Of a DNA stretch of 64,000 nt, positions 20,271 through 29,390 are shown piece by piece. The DNA is from Candidatus Multivoradales bacterium. Its GTDB lineage: Bacteria; Acidobacteriota; Thermoanaerobaculia; Multivoradales; JAHEKO01. Both the position numbers and the translations under genes were made by a program. The stretch's first letter is position 1. Each line of letters starts with the position of its first letter. The stretch is from positions 96,001 through 160,000 of the forward strand of contig CBDFIJ010000004.1 in assembly GCA_965248055.1 (NCBI GenBank). The letters are read 5' to 3'. A model generated the notes under the pieces. It searched no databases and had not been told where the DNA came from. It was given only the letters and a program-made list of their open reading frames with translations.

Positions 20271-21026
20271 ATGATTATCACCATTACCAACCAAAAAGGC
20301 GGCGTGGGAAAGACCACAACGGCGATCAACCTAGCGGCTGGCCTCGCTGCCAAGGGCCTTAAAACCCTGTTGCTGGACCTGGATCCGCAGTCGAACGCCA
20401 CCCTCAGCTTTGTCAGTGCGAAAAACCAACGCCTGTCCTTGTTTGAGGTGATGACCGGTGAGGCCGCCTTGTCCGATGTCTTGTTGCAAGTGGAGAAGGC
20501 TCCCAATTTGACCCTGGGGCCTGCAGCCCTGGCACTTGCCAAACTGGAAACCAAACTGATCGGCGAGATCGATGCCCACTACAAGCTGACCGACCAATTG
20601 CAGATGGTTCGAGATCAGTTTGACTACGTGGTGATCGACACTCCGCCCACTCTTGGCTTGATCACGGTCAATGCTTTGGTCGCCGCCACCCACGTCTTAA
20701 TTCCGGTGCAAAGCAGCTACTTTGCGTTGGAGGGAACCGACGACCTTCTCGAAACCATTGATCGAGTTAAAGTGCGGGCGAATCCTGATCTGCAGATCCT
20801 TGGAGCGGTACTCACCCTCTATGACAAGCGCACGTTGCTCTCCCGGGATATCGAAGCGCAAGTGGAGAAGGTGTTTGGCAGCAAATTATTTGAAACTCGG
20901 ATTCATAAGAACGTCCGGTTGGAAGAGAGCCCGGCCTACCAAGAGGCGATCTTCAGCTACGCCCCCCGCTCGACCGGCGCCTACGATTACTATCGACTCT
21001 CTGAGGAGGTGCTGAGCCGTGTCTAG
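20271..21026 (+). CDS. parA: ParA/Soj family partition ATPase
   Basis: NQKGGVGKTT, DLDPQSNAT, IDTPPTLG, VRLEESP. Confidence 0.95.
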   Translation: MIITITNQKGGVGKTTTAINLAAGLAAKGLKTLLLDLDPQSNATLSFVSAKNQRLSLFEVMTGEAALSDVLLQVEKAPNLTLGPAALALAKLETKLIGEIDAHYKLTDQLQMVRDQFDYVVIDTPPTLGLITVNALVAATHVLIPVQSSYFALEGTDDLLETIDRVKVRANPDLQILGAVLTLYDKRTLLSRDIEAQVEKVFGSKLFETRIHKNVRLEESPAYQEAIFSYAPRSTGAYDYYRLSEEVLSRV

Positions 21027-21912
21027 CAGCAAGAAGGGATTACCCAACCGGGTCAAGATGCGCCACTCTTCGCATTTCGTCGACGAATTGGCGGTACGTT
21101 CCGAACAACCGATTGGCAAGATGGTGCAGATCGACGTTCTCGAAGCCGACCCAGATCAACCCCGAGTGGATTTCGGCAACATCGAGGAGCTGGCTGAGTC
21201 CATACGCTCCAAGGGAGTGCTCGAGCCGATCTTAGTGCGCCCTTTACCACGCCAACGTGGGGAAGCGCCTAGCTACCGAATCATTTCCGGCGAACGCCGC
21301 TTTCGCGCTGCCACGGCTGCGGGGCTTCCAGAAGTTCCGGTGATCGAGATGGACCTGGATGACGATGAAGCGCTAGAAGTCGCGCTAATCGAAAATCTGC
21401 AGCGCAAAGACCTGGATCCCTTTGAGGAGGCCGAAGGATTGCAGGCTCTGAGAGATCGCTTCGAATACACCCACGAGCAGATCGCCAGCACCATGGCGAA
21501 GTCGAGGCCGGTGATCACCGAAGCCTTAACCTTGCTGCGTATTCCGGCGCTGCTGAGACAACTTGCGCGGGAACACGGCATGATGACCAAGTCTTTGCTG
21601 TTGGAGATCGCCAAACTCGGCAGCCAAGAAGAAATGCAAGCGTTGTTTGCCCAGGCGCTTTCGGGCAACCTGACCCGAGATCAAGTTCGTGATCAAGTGC
21701 GCGCCAGGAGCCCCGAGGGTGCCAAGAGCGCCCGACGACGCCCGACCTTTCGCTTTGCCGGCCCTGATGAAAGCTTCAAGGTCGCTTTGACCTTTGAGAC
21801 CGAGGCCGTAGAACGCCACGACGTCATCCGGGCGCTGGAACATATCTTGGAAGGTCTGCGCGAGGCGGAGCATCAAGAGGACAGTATCGGTTCTCCTGAA
21901 ACTCTTTTTTGA
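21019..21912 (+). CDS. parB: ParB family CTPase / partition protein (atypical N- and C-termini)
   Basis: DQPR, GVLEPILVR, ISGERRFRAA, ALIENLQRKDL, HTH THEQIA...KSRPVITEAL. Confidence 0.93.
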   Translation: MSSSKKGLPNRVKMRHSSHFVDELAVRSEQPIGKMVQIDVLEADPDQPRVDFGNIEELAESIRSKGVLEPILVRPLPRQRGEAPSYRIISGERRFRAATAAGLPEVPVIEMDLDDDEALEVALIENLQRKDLDPFEEAEGLQALRDRFEYTHEQIASTMAKSRPVITEALTLLRIPALLRQLAREHGMMTKSLLLEIAKLGSQEEMQALFAQALSGNLTRDQVRDQVRARSPEGAKSARRRPTFRFAGPDESFKVALTFETEAVERHDVIRALEHILEGLREAEHQEDSIGSPETLF

Positions 21913-22022
21913 CAGGAGTGTTGAGCACATAAGGGGAACTTGCAACGGGTCTGGGGTGGGGAGAAGGAAGGTGCGATTGCGAGAGTCGAACAAAGGCGGC
22001 TCCTGACACTAGGCTGTATGTA

Positions 22023-22050
22023 GGTTTACATAATACACCTTATCAGACAC
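22023..22050 (-). other. dif site (XerC/XerD recombination site)
   Basis: Minus strand GTGTCTGATAA-GGTGTA-TTATGTAAACC has the 11-6-11 layout of E. coli dif (GGTGCGCATAA-TGTATA-TTATGTTAAAT); intergenic; gene orientation converges on this region. Confidence 0.85.
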
Positions 22051-22194
22051 TGGGTACGCCCCTATAGCTCTGATCAGTTACCCGGTTTTCCCCTTCTGCT
22101 GTACTCTTGAATCAGCGGTTGTCGAGTTCGGTTTTCTGGCCCGGGATCTGCTTAAAACAAACGATCTGCCATAGTTTTTTCTTCCAGCAACTCC

Positions 22195-24552
22195 GTGCCT
22201 GCCATTTTTTCCAAGATCGACCGCTACGTTGCCAGCGAGATCCTAGGGCCGTTCGGCCTGGGGTGTGTGGTCTATACGCTGATCCTGTTTCTCCACTTTC
22301 TACTCCAGGCGTCAAAAATGGTGTTCGCCCGCGGGGTTCCGCTGGGTGACGTTCTCGCCTTGATCGCCTACTACCTGCCGAGCATGCTGGTGCTGGTGAT
22401 CCCGATGGCCTTTCTGTTCGCCACGCTGATGGCGGTCGGACGTCTGTCGGGTGACAGCGAGATTACCGCGTTACGAGCTTCCGGTGTGGGCCTGTTCAAG
22501 CTCTACCTCCCATTACTTTGGTTTTCGCTGGCGCTCACTGTGCTGAGTATTTATCTAATGACAGCGGTTTTACCTTTCTCCAACGCCCGCTACACTTCGA
22601 CCATTTATCGAATTCAGACCCGCCATGCTACTCAGGTGGTTGAACCCCGTGAGTTTCACACCGATTTGGGCGCCTGGGTGATGTACGTCTTTGGTCTGAC
22701 CGCTGACCGCAGCGAGTGGGACGGGGTGTTCTTGGCGCAGGAAAACGCTCCAGGGCAATCGGAAGTGATGGTCGCAGAGCTTGGGCATCTCGCCTTTGAC
22801 GAGTCGACCCAGGAACAAGTCCTGCAGCTGACCAATACCGAATCGCACATTATCGACCTCAAGGAGAGTTTTGCCGACGCGCAGTATCGGCTCGGCTTTC
22901 TGCGCACCTACGAGAAAGTCGTCCAGGGCGGCACGGGCATTGAAACAGGAGACCGCAAGGTCGAAAAAAACTTGCGTTCGATGACGTTGGCTGAACTCAA
23001 GCGAGAGCGCAATGACCCAACGCGCGCGGAGACCATCCGCCGGATGGCCTTGGTTGAGGCGCACAAAAAGTTCTCGCTACCGGCAGCCTGTATCGGCTTC
23101 GGTTTATTCGCTCTGCCCTTCGCTTTCGGTTCGCAACGAGGCTCAGGGGCTAAGTCGGCCAGCTTCGCGCTCTCTTTATTGGTGATCGCTTTCTACTACA
23201 TCCTGCTCGAGCAAGGAGAGAAAGCTGCACGGTTGGACAATATGAGTCCCTGGCTGGCCATGTGGCTCCCCAACCTCATCCTGATGGCAGTCGGTGCTTA
23301 CCTATTTTGGCGCCGCAATCGGGACAAGAGCCTGCTACTCGGGCGCGCGGATCGCTTGCTCCGTCAGCTGCCCCTAGCCGCATTCGTAGCCCAGGCCTGG
23401 GCGCGGGTGCGCACAGCGTTTGCCCGGCTCAGAGGTTCGGCCAGCGATCGCTCGTGGATGCAGTTTCCCTCACGCAATGACCGCTACATTCTGCGTCTGT
23501 TTTTCACCGTCGCGGGCCTAACCATGGCCTCGATGATGCTGCTTGCCGCATTGGCACGATTTACCCGAGTCGCGGATCGACTGCAAGAACACAATCTGGC
23601 TTCCAGCGATGTCTGGCGCTACCTCGGAACGGTGGTTTTGGATACTGGTTACCTGATGACTCCGGTGGTGGTGTTGATGGCAACAGTGCTCGCGTTCGCC
23701 TTGTTGTCTCGAAGCAACGAAGTGGTTGCCTGGAGGTCGACGGGCGTCAGCCTCTATCGACTGGCACTGCCGATTCTGGTGGCTACCGCCGGAATTTCCC
23801 TCGGTACCTTTCTGCTCGACGAGTATCTGCTGCCAGCAAGCAATCAGGAAAAACAACGCCTTGAAGACCAAATTTATGGTCGTCAGTCCCAAAGCTTCCG
23901 CCGCGCTGATCGACAATGGCTGTTCGGCCAAGATCGCTTTATCTACCATTACTCCAGCTACGACCAAGAGCAAGAGGCGCTGATCGAACTTGAGGTCTTT
24001 GAGTTCGACGCGGACAGTAAGTTGGTTCGGCGGCTCTATGCCACGCAAGCGGTCTACCAAGGTGAAGGCGCGTGGCTGTTTGATCGCGGCTGGACACGAT
24101 CCTTCGCCGGGGGCGAGGTGGTCGACTTCCGTTGGTTTGAAGAGCCTCATACCGCCCGTTTCCCAGAGACCCCCGACTATTTCCGAGAAGAAGAACGCCA
24201 GCCGGCGCAGATGACCTTTGGCCAACTCAGCCAACACGTCGAAAACCTAGAACGCAGCGGCCAGCCCAACCTAAAGTACCGGGCACAGCTGTATCGCAAG
24301 ATCGCCTACCCCGCCGGTTGTTTGGCCATGGCGTTGGTGGCACTACCGTTTTCGTTTCGCGTAGGTCGTGAGGGGGGAGCGCTGTACGGGGTCGGCCTAG
24401 CCCTGGGACTAGCCATTGCCTTTATCGTGCTGGACTCGATCTTCACCACCCTGGGTGAGACCGGCACCCTGCCACCCTTGCTCGCGGTGTGGGCGCCGTC
24501 TGCTCTATTCTCCACTTTGGCTGTTTATTTGTTCCTCGGAGTGCGCTCTTAA
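22195..24552 (+). CDS. Fused LptF-LptG LPS export permease
   Basis: Two YjgP/YjgQ modules in one ORF (GRLSGDSEITALRASG; LSRSNEVVAWRSTG), each ending in W-x-P. Confidence 0.9.
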   Translation: MPAIFSKIDRYVASEILGPFGLGCVVYTLILFLHFLLQASKMVFARGVPLGDVLALIAYYLPSMLVLVIPMAFLFATLMAVGRLSGDSEITALRASGVGLFKLYLPLLWFSLALTVLSIYLMTAVLPFSNARYTSTIYRIQTRHATQVVEPREFHTDLGAWVMYVFGLTADRSEWDGVFLAQENAPGQSEVMVAELGHLAFDESTQEQVLQLTNTESHIIDLKESFADAQYRLGFLRTYEKVVQGGTGIETGDRKVEKNLRSMTLAELKRERNDPTRAETIRRMALVEAHKKFSLPAACIGFGLFALPFAFGSQRGSGAKSASFALSLLVIAFYYILLEQGEKAARLDNMSPWLAMWLPNLILMAVGAYLFWRRNRDKSLLLGRADRLLRQLPLAAFVAQAWARVRTAFARLRGSASDRSWMQFPSRNDRYILRLFFTVAGLTMASMMLLAALARFTRVADRLQEHNLASSDVWRYLGTVVLDTGYLMTPVVVLMATVLAFALLSRSNEVVAWRSTGVSLYRLALPILVATAGISLGTFLLDEYLLPASNQEKQRLEDQIYGRQSQSFRRADRQWLFGQDRFIYHYSSYDQEQEALIELEVFEFDADSKLVRRLYATQAVYQGEGAWLFDRGWTRSFAGGEVVDFRWFEEPHTARFPETPDYFREEERQPAQMTFGQLSQHVENLERSGQPNLKYRAQLYRKIAYPAGCLAMALVALPFSFRVGREGGALYGVGLALGLAIAFIVLDSIFTTLGETGTLPPLLAVWAPSALFSTLAVYLFLGVRS

Positions 24553-24554
24553 CG

Positions 24555-25382
24555 ATGCTGATCATTGGGGTATTTCTTCTCGCTCTTGCTGCTGGGGTGG
24601 TCTCAACTTCGTTTTGGATTCGTGAAGAGGACTTGGGACGAGGCTATTTTCAAACCAATGCTCTGGTGATCCTCGGGCTGCTGGCGATCGTCGTCGGGCT
24701 GGTGGCGACCGGAGTGATCATGCCGTGGCCAGCGGACTCCCCATCCAGTGCGCAGTTGGATGGCTCCGGGACAATCCCAAGGACCCTCCTGCTCTACGTT
24801 GGATTCGCCTTTTCTTTACTGGCTTACGCTGGCATCTGGTCACGAAAATGGTTCTTGGGACGCCTCGCCGCGGGAGGCGCTTTGGTTACCCTGAGCTTGG
24901 CTCTGTGGCTGATCGATCTGCCGCTGCGTTTCAGCTACGTCCTGCCAATTTTGGGCAGGGTGAGCCTGTTGCTTTCTGCCTTGGTGTTGGGCTGGTCGAT
25001 GGTCACCATGCTGTTGGGCCACTGGTATTTGGTCGCGCCCATGTTGGACTTCCGCCATCTGCGACGCTTTAGCTGGATCCTCACCGTACTGCTTGTGCTG
25101 CGCGCCTTAGCTTCACTGCTGGCAATGTTCTTGGCTTCCCGACTCCCTGACCCGCAAAGTTGGTGGGCTCTCACCTCGGGTGGCGGTTGGGCGATGTTCC
25201 TCTGGATACGAGTCCTCTGGGGACTGTTGGGCGCATTGTTGCTGTCGGGGATGGCACTACATTGCGCACGCCAGGGATCCAACCAATCAGCGACCGGCAT
25301 CTTGTACGTGGTGATCATTAGCGTGTGGATCGGAGAGGCCACTGCATTGTTCCTGCTGGCAATGACCGGAGTGCCAGTTTGA
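24555..25382 (+). CDS. Uncharacterised polytopic membrane protein
   Basis: About 8 hydrophobic segments; MLLGHWYL and QSATGILY motifs. Confidence 0.7.
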   Translation: MLIIGVFLLALAAGVVSTSFWIREEDLGRGYFQTNALVILGLLAIVVGLVATGVIMPWPADSPSSAQLDGSGTIPRTLLLYVGFAFSLLAYAGIWSRKWFLGRLAAGGALVTLSLALWLIDLPLRFSYVLPILGRVSLLLSALVLGWSMVTMLLGHWYLVAPMLDFRHLRRFSWILTVLLVLRALASLLAMFLASRLPDPQSWWALTSGGGWAMFLWIRVLWGLLGALLLSGMALHCARQGSNQSATGILYVVIISVWIGEATALFLLAMTGVPV

Positions 25383-25415
25383 TCGGCGGTAGTTTCCTCA
25401 AGCTGTAGCGAACCT

Positions 25416-25886
25416 ATGATCGTAAGAAGCACTCTGGACCCGATGGAGATTCGCACCCAGTGCCGAGAGTGTGGGCTCCCCTTCTCCACTTCGATCAGCC
25501 CTAACCAAGAACACTTGCCCTGCCCGAACTGCGAACACTCGCGGAGCTTGGATTGGAGCACCTACGACCCCGCACAGGCAACCACGGTTCCGTGCTGCGT
25601 GGTTTGCGGTTGCAAGCATCTCTACCGACAGCGAGACGTCAACCGGGCGATCGGCTGCTTGGTGGTGGCCATCGCCATCGTCCTGACCCCGTGGACCTAT
25701 GGTCTGTCGCTGGTGGTGGCAGCGGCGATCGATTGGTGGCTGTGGTACCACTTGGAGGAGCGGCCGGTTTGCTATCGCTGCGACACGGTCTATCGAGACG
25801 CGATCCCAACCGCTAGGCAGAAGGAGTTCGACCTCCTACGCCACGACGTACTGAAATATGGAAAGTCTTGGGAAGACGCCGACTAG
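25416..25886 (+). CDS. Membrane-anchored zinc-ribbon protein
   Basis: Four CxxC pairs (CREC, CPNC, CVVC, CYRC) around a TM hairpin. Confidence 0.72.
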   Translation: MIVRSTLDPMEIRTQCRECGLPFSTSISPNQEHLPCPNCEHSRSLDWSTYDPAQATTVPCCVVCGCKHLYRQRDVNRAIGCLVVAIAIVLTPWTYGLSLVVAAAIDWWLWYHLEERPVCYRCDTVYRDAIPTARQKEFDLLRHDVLKYGKSWEDAD

Positions 25887-27022
25887 ACTGCGGCGGCCAC
25901 CTTTTCAGCCAGGTCGGTTCTTTCCCAGGTGAAGGCGTCCTCTTCGCGACCAAAATGACCGTAAGCCGCGGTCGGTCGATAGATCGGACGGCGCAGGTCA
26001 AGATGCTCGATGATCCCGGCCGGAGTGAGCGGAAAGACCTCTCGCACCACGGTCTCAAGCAAACGATCGTCGGCGGTGCCGGTGCCGTGGCTGTCAACTC
26101 GGATTGAAACCGGATCAGCGACGCCGATTGCATAGGCCAACTGGACCGTCACTCGATCGGCCAGGCCACTGGCGACAAGGTTCTTGGCCACGTAGCGCGC
26201 CATGTAGGAGGCCGAACGGTCGACCTTGGTCGGATCTTTGCCGGAGAATGCCCCACCACCGTGGGGCGCCATCCCGCCGTAAGTGTCAACGATAATCTTG
26301 CGTCCGGTGAGGCCACAGTCGCCCTTGGGGCCGCCAACCACAAAACGTCCGGTCGGGTTGATATGAACAATCAATTGGTCGTCCACCAGTTCCGCAGGCA
26401 GCTCCGGTCGAATCACTTCTTCGCGCACCAGGTCGTGTAGATCTTCGGTCGAGATATCTTCAGAATGCTGGGTTGAGACAACCACGGTGTGTACCCTGGC
26501 CGGCCGGTCCCCTTGGTACTCAATCGTCACCTGACTCTTGCCGTCGGGTCTCAAGTCTTTTTGCCCAGCCTTACGCACCTGCGCCAATCGCATGGTCAAA
26601 GCGTGAGCCAAACTGATCGGTAACGGCATCAATTCAGCGGTTTCGCGGCACGCGTAGCCAAACATCAGCCCTTGGTCCCCGGCCCCACCGGGATCCACGC
26701 CCATGGCAATGTCCGGAGATTGGGAATCGATCGAGGTGATCACTGCGGCATCGGTGGCGTCAAAACCAATTCCCCGGTCGACGTAGCCGATTTCTTCGAG
26801 CGTCTGCTGGGTTACTTTGCGAAAATCGATAAAGGCATCGGTGGTCATTTCCCCTGCCAGGACCACCAGTCCGGTGGTGACCAAAGTTTCGCAAGCGACC
26901 CGACCATTGGGATCTTCGGCCAAAACTGCATCCAAAACCGCGTCGGAGATCTGATCCGAGACCTTGTCAGGATGCCCCTCAGTGACCGACTCTGATGTAA
27001 ATAGCGAACGTTCGTCCGACAT
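25883..27022 (-). CDS. metK: S-adenosylmethionine synthetase
   Basis: [49 protein letters not shown]. Confidence 0.98.
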   Translation of the reverse strand: MSDERSLFTSESVTEGHPDKVSDQISDAVLDAVLAEDPNGRVACETLVTTGLVVLAGEMTTDAFIDFRKVTQQTLEEIGYVDRGIGFDATDAAVITSIDSQSPDIAMGVDPGGAGDQGLMFGYACRETAELMPLPISLAHALTMRLAQVRKAGQKDLRPDGKSQVTIEYQGDRPARVHTVVVSTQHSEDISTEDLHDLVREEVIRPELPAELVDDQLIVHINPTGRFVVGGPKGDCGLTGRKIIVDTYGGMAPHGGGAFSGKDPTKVDRSASYMARYVAKNLVASGLADRVTVQLAYAIGVADPVSIRVDSHGTGTADDRLLETVVREVFPLTPAGIIEHLDLRRPIYRPTAAYGHFGREEDAFTWERTDLAEKVAAAV

Positions 27023-27220
27023 CGAATATATTCCTTGTAATTGACAGCTGTTCGACTGGTGTGCTGTGCCCAACCCCCGTCCTACCGTTTAGCATCTCGA
27101 CGGCACGGGGCCATGCTACCAGAGCATCACACCCTCGCTGAACGCCTCTGCCGTGGCGGTTTCAGCTGACCGGAAGGATAGCCCTGCGGCTAGACAAACT
27201 CCCGCCTCCTGGTGATACCG

Positions 27221-27254
27221 GGAAATTCTCCCTGGGTCACCCTGGAAATTCTCC
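27221..27254 (+). promoter_or_regulatory. Tandem GGAAATTCTCC repeats, candidate enhancer (bEBP) sites
   Basis: Two exact 11-bp near-palindromic copies at 27221 and 27244, 100-135 bp upstream of a -24/-12 element. Confidence 0.55.
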
Positions 27255-27354
27255 TAGATACCTTGAGTTTTGTCCCTTGACGTCGTGATTCAGTGATTTA
27301 TGTAAGTCGTTGTATTACAATGCTTTAAGCTCCCTCTGGACGGCAAAAAAATCC

Positions 27355-27370
27355 CGGCATGAACCTCGCA
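27355..27370 (+). promoter_or_regulatory. Candidate sigma54 (-24/-12) promoter
   Basis: CGGCATGAACCTCGCA versus consensus TGGCACG-N4-TTGCW, with exact GG-N10-GC spacing. Confidence 0.6.
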
Positions 27371-27380
27371 CTAAAGAGTA

Positions 27381-27535
27381 GCTCTCCAGCATGGAGACCC
27401 AGCTGGAGGAGGGTTCTTTAAAGATGGTTCGATTCGGGGATTCCCAGGTTGAACCAAGGATTGTTTTCTCGGGCCCGGCGACTTGAGAACATGTCCGATC
27501 TGTTTGGCCACCTGTCATAAGGTGGCCTTTTTTTT
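27381..27535 (+). ncRNA. Candidate sigma54-dependent small RNA with three stem-loops and an intrinsic terminator
   Basis: Stems 27384-27408, 27425-27456, 27458-27496 and 27506-27527 followed by T8; no ORF of 60 aa or more on this strand. Confidence 0.62.
27506..27535 (+). terminator. Rho-independent terminator
   Basis: GGCCACCT-gtcata-AGGTGGCC followed by eight T. Confidence 0.88.
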
Positions 27536-27640
27536 GAGGCAGTCGGAGCTGGTTGTACTCAGCATCCGGTGTTAGCCATCTCATAGGTGGCGTCGGGACT
27601 CCCGGTGGGACAAAATTCAGGCGTTCTTCACACCAACACC

Positions 27641-28399
27641 ATGATCGACTCCCCCGCCAACCCAAAAATTCGCTTCGCCCAAGCGGTGCGTAGCGGTCAG
27701 CATCGCGAATTGGTACTACTGGAGGGGGAACGCGGAGTCCTGGAGGCGGCGAGCCACGGACTGCCCTTTGAACTCTTGCTGGCAACCCCAGAAACAGCCG
27801 GCATCCTGGACAGATCCTTACCTGGCCATCAATCGCTGACACCGCTGGCTACCAACGCCAAATTGCTGGCGACGCTGAGCGATCTGGACGCCCCGCGCGA
27901 CGTAATCGCGGTGGTTCGCAATCCGCGGCCCGATGCCGCACAGTTCTCGCTTTCTGGCGATCACCGCTTATTGGTCTACGCCGATCGGGTCCAGGATCCG
28001 GTCAATCTGGGAGCTTTGGCGCGCGTCTGCGCGGCGGTTGGAGCTGATGCTTTGCTCACCTCCCCGGGCTCCGTACACCCTAATCACCATCGCGCTGTGC
28101 GCGCTTCCGCGTTCAGTCTGTTGACGCTGCCGGTATACCCAAAACTTCCGTGGCAACAACTGCGTTTGTTGACTCAGGACGCGAACTGGATTGCTCTAGA
28201 CCCAAGGGCCAAACAGGGCATCTATGACTGCCCGGTGAACAGTCCGTTGGTGGCTGTGATCGGCGGTGAGATGGGAATCTCCCCGGAGCACCTGACCCAA
28301 GTACCAGCTGCGGCGATCCCCATGTCCGGCGAAGTCGAATCGTTGAATTTGGCGGTCGCCGCTGGGGTTGCCCTGTTTGACTGGGTCCGCCGTCTCTAG
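27641..28399 (+). CDS. TrmH/SpoU family RNA methyltransferase
   Basis: VQDPVNLGALAR, IGGEMG, IPMSGEVESLNLAVA. Confidence 0.92.
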   Translation: MIDSPANPKIRFAQAVRSGQHRELVLLEGERGVLEAASHGLPFELLLATPETAGILDRSLPGHQSLTPLATNAKLLATLSDLDAPRDVIAVVRNPRPDAAQFSLSGDHRLLVYADRVQDPVNLGALARVCAAVGADALLTSPGSVHPNHHRAVRASAFSLLTLPVYPKLPWQQLRLLTQDANWIALDPRAKQGIYDCPVNSPLVAVIGGEMGISPEHLTQVPAAAIPMSGEVESLNLAVAAGVALFDWVRRL

Positions 28400-28412
28400 C
28401 AGCCACAGGCTG

Positions 28413-29390
28413 CTAGAGACGCGCCTCTCGAATCGCTTCGGTCAGCAGAGGCACGATCTCATGCAAATCACCGACGATGCCGTAGTCGGACACCGCGAAA
28501 ATCGGCGCCCCGGCATCCTTGTTGATCGACACCACGACCTGGGATCCCTTCATCCCAACAACGTGCTGAATGGCACCGGAAATCCCCAGCGCAACGTACA
28601 GCTTGGGGGTCACGGTTTGACCACTCGAGCCGATCTGTCGGTCGCGCGGCAACCAACCGCTATCGATCACCGGGCGGCTCGCTGCAACCTCAGCGCCCAA
28701 GGCAGAGGCCAATTCTTCGACCACGCTCATCTTGTCTTGGTCGCCGATGCCACGACCTACGGCAACGATCACCTCAGACTGGCTAAGGTCGACCTCCTCC
28801 TCGGCGGCCTGTTCGGTGCCAATGATTTCCCGATCCGACACCGCACCCTCAAGCGAACTCGGCCAAGCAGCTAACTCCGCCGTTCCAGTCTGCACGTCGT
28901 CAGCACTCCAGGATCCAGACTGCACGGAAACCATAGTGCGGTCACCAGACGCAGTTACGGTTGCCACCAATTTGCCACCGAGCACCGGGCGCGACCACCG
29001 CAACGATTCACCTGACGAAGTCACAGAGGTGACTTCGGGGATCATTCCCGCCCCAACCCGCACCGCTAGCCGGGCCATGAAATCCACCGACTGATAGGTG
29101 TGCGGCAGGATCACCCATTGGGAATCCAGTTGTTCAACCAGAGCTGCCAATGCACCGGCATAGGCCCCTGGCGTGTAGCCAGTAAGTCGGTCGTTCTGGC
29201 AATGAAACACCTTTGCCACCGCGCACCCAGCGAGCTTCTCGGCAGCCTCCGTGCTCCCGTGCGGCAGCGCCACGACAATTTCTGCTCCGTTGGTTTGGGC
29301 CAACTGCTGCGCAGCGCAGATCGCCTCCAAACTCATTCTATGAATTCCGTCATCCTTTGCCTGAGCCACGACCAAGATCAGATTTGACAT
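28413..29390 (-). CDS. etfA: Electron transfer flavoprotein alpha subunit
   Basis: RQIGSSGQTV, GISGAIQHVVGM, INKD. Confidence 0.95.
   Translation of the reverse strand: MSNLILVVAQAKDDGIHRMSLEAICAAQQLAQTNGAEIVVALPHGSTEAAEKLAGCAVAKVFHCQNDRLTGYTPGAYAGALAALVEQLDSQWVILPHTYQSVDFMARLAVRVGAGMIPEVTSVTSSGESLRWSRPVLGGKLVATVTASGDRTMVSVQSGSWSADDVQTGTAELAAWPSSLEGAVSDREIIGTEQAAEEEVDLSQSEVIVAVGRGIGDQDKMSVVEELASALGAEVAASRPVIDSGWLPRDRQIGSSGQTVTPKLYVALGISGAIQHVVGMKGSQVVVSINKDAGAPIFAVSDYGIVGDLHEIVPLLTEAIREARL

Noticed and set aside
24953-25525. KOPS octamers GGGCAGGG as support for dif
   Set aside because: The two copies noticed point in opposite directions, so they are uninformative without a full count.
27023-27180. 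SAM or SAH riboswitch upstream of metK
   Set aside because: Two hairpins are present, but I could not match the SAM-I, SAM-II, SAM-SAH or SAH consensus elements.
27381-27535. 6S RNA, SRP RNA or tRNA identity for the candidate sRNA
   Set aside because: It folds as serial short hairpins rather than one long rod with a central bubble, and has no SRP loop or cloverleaf.
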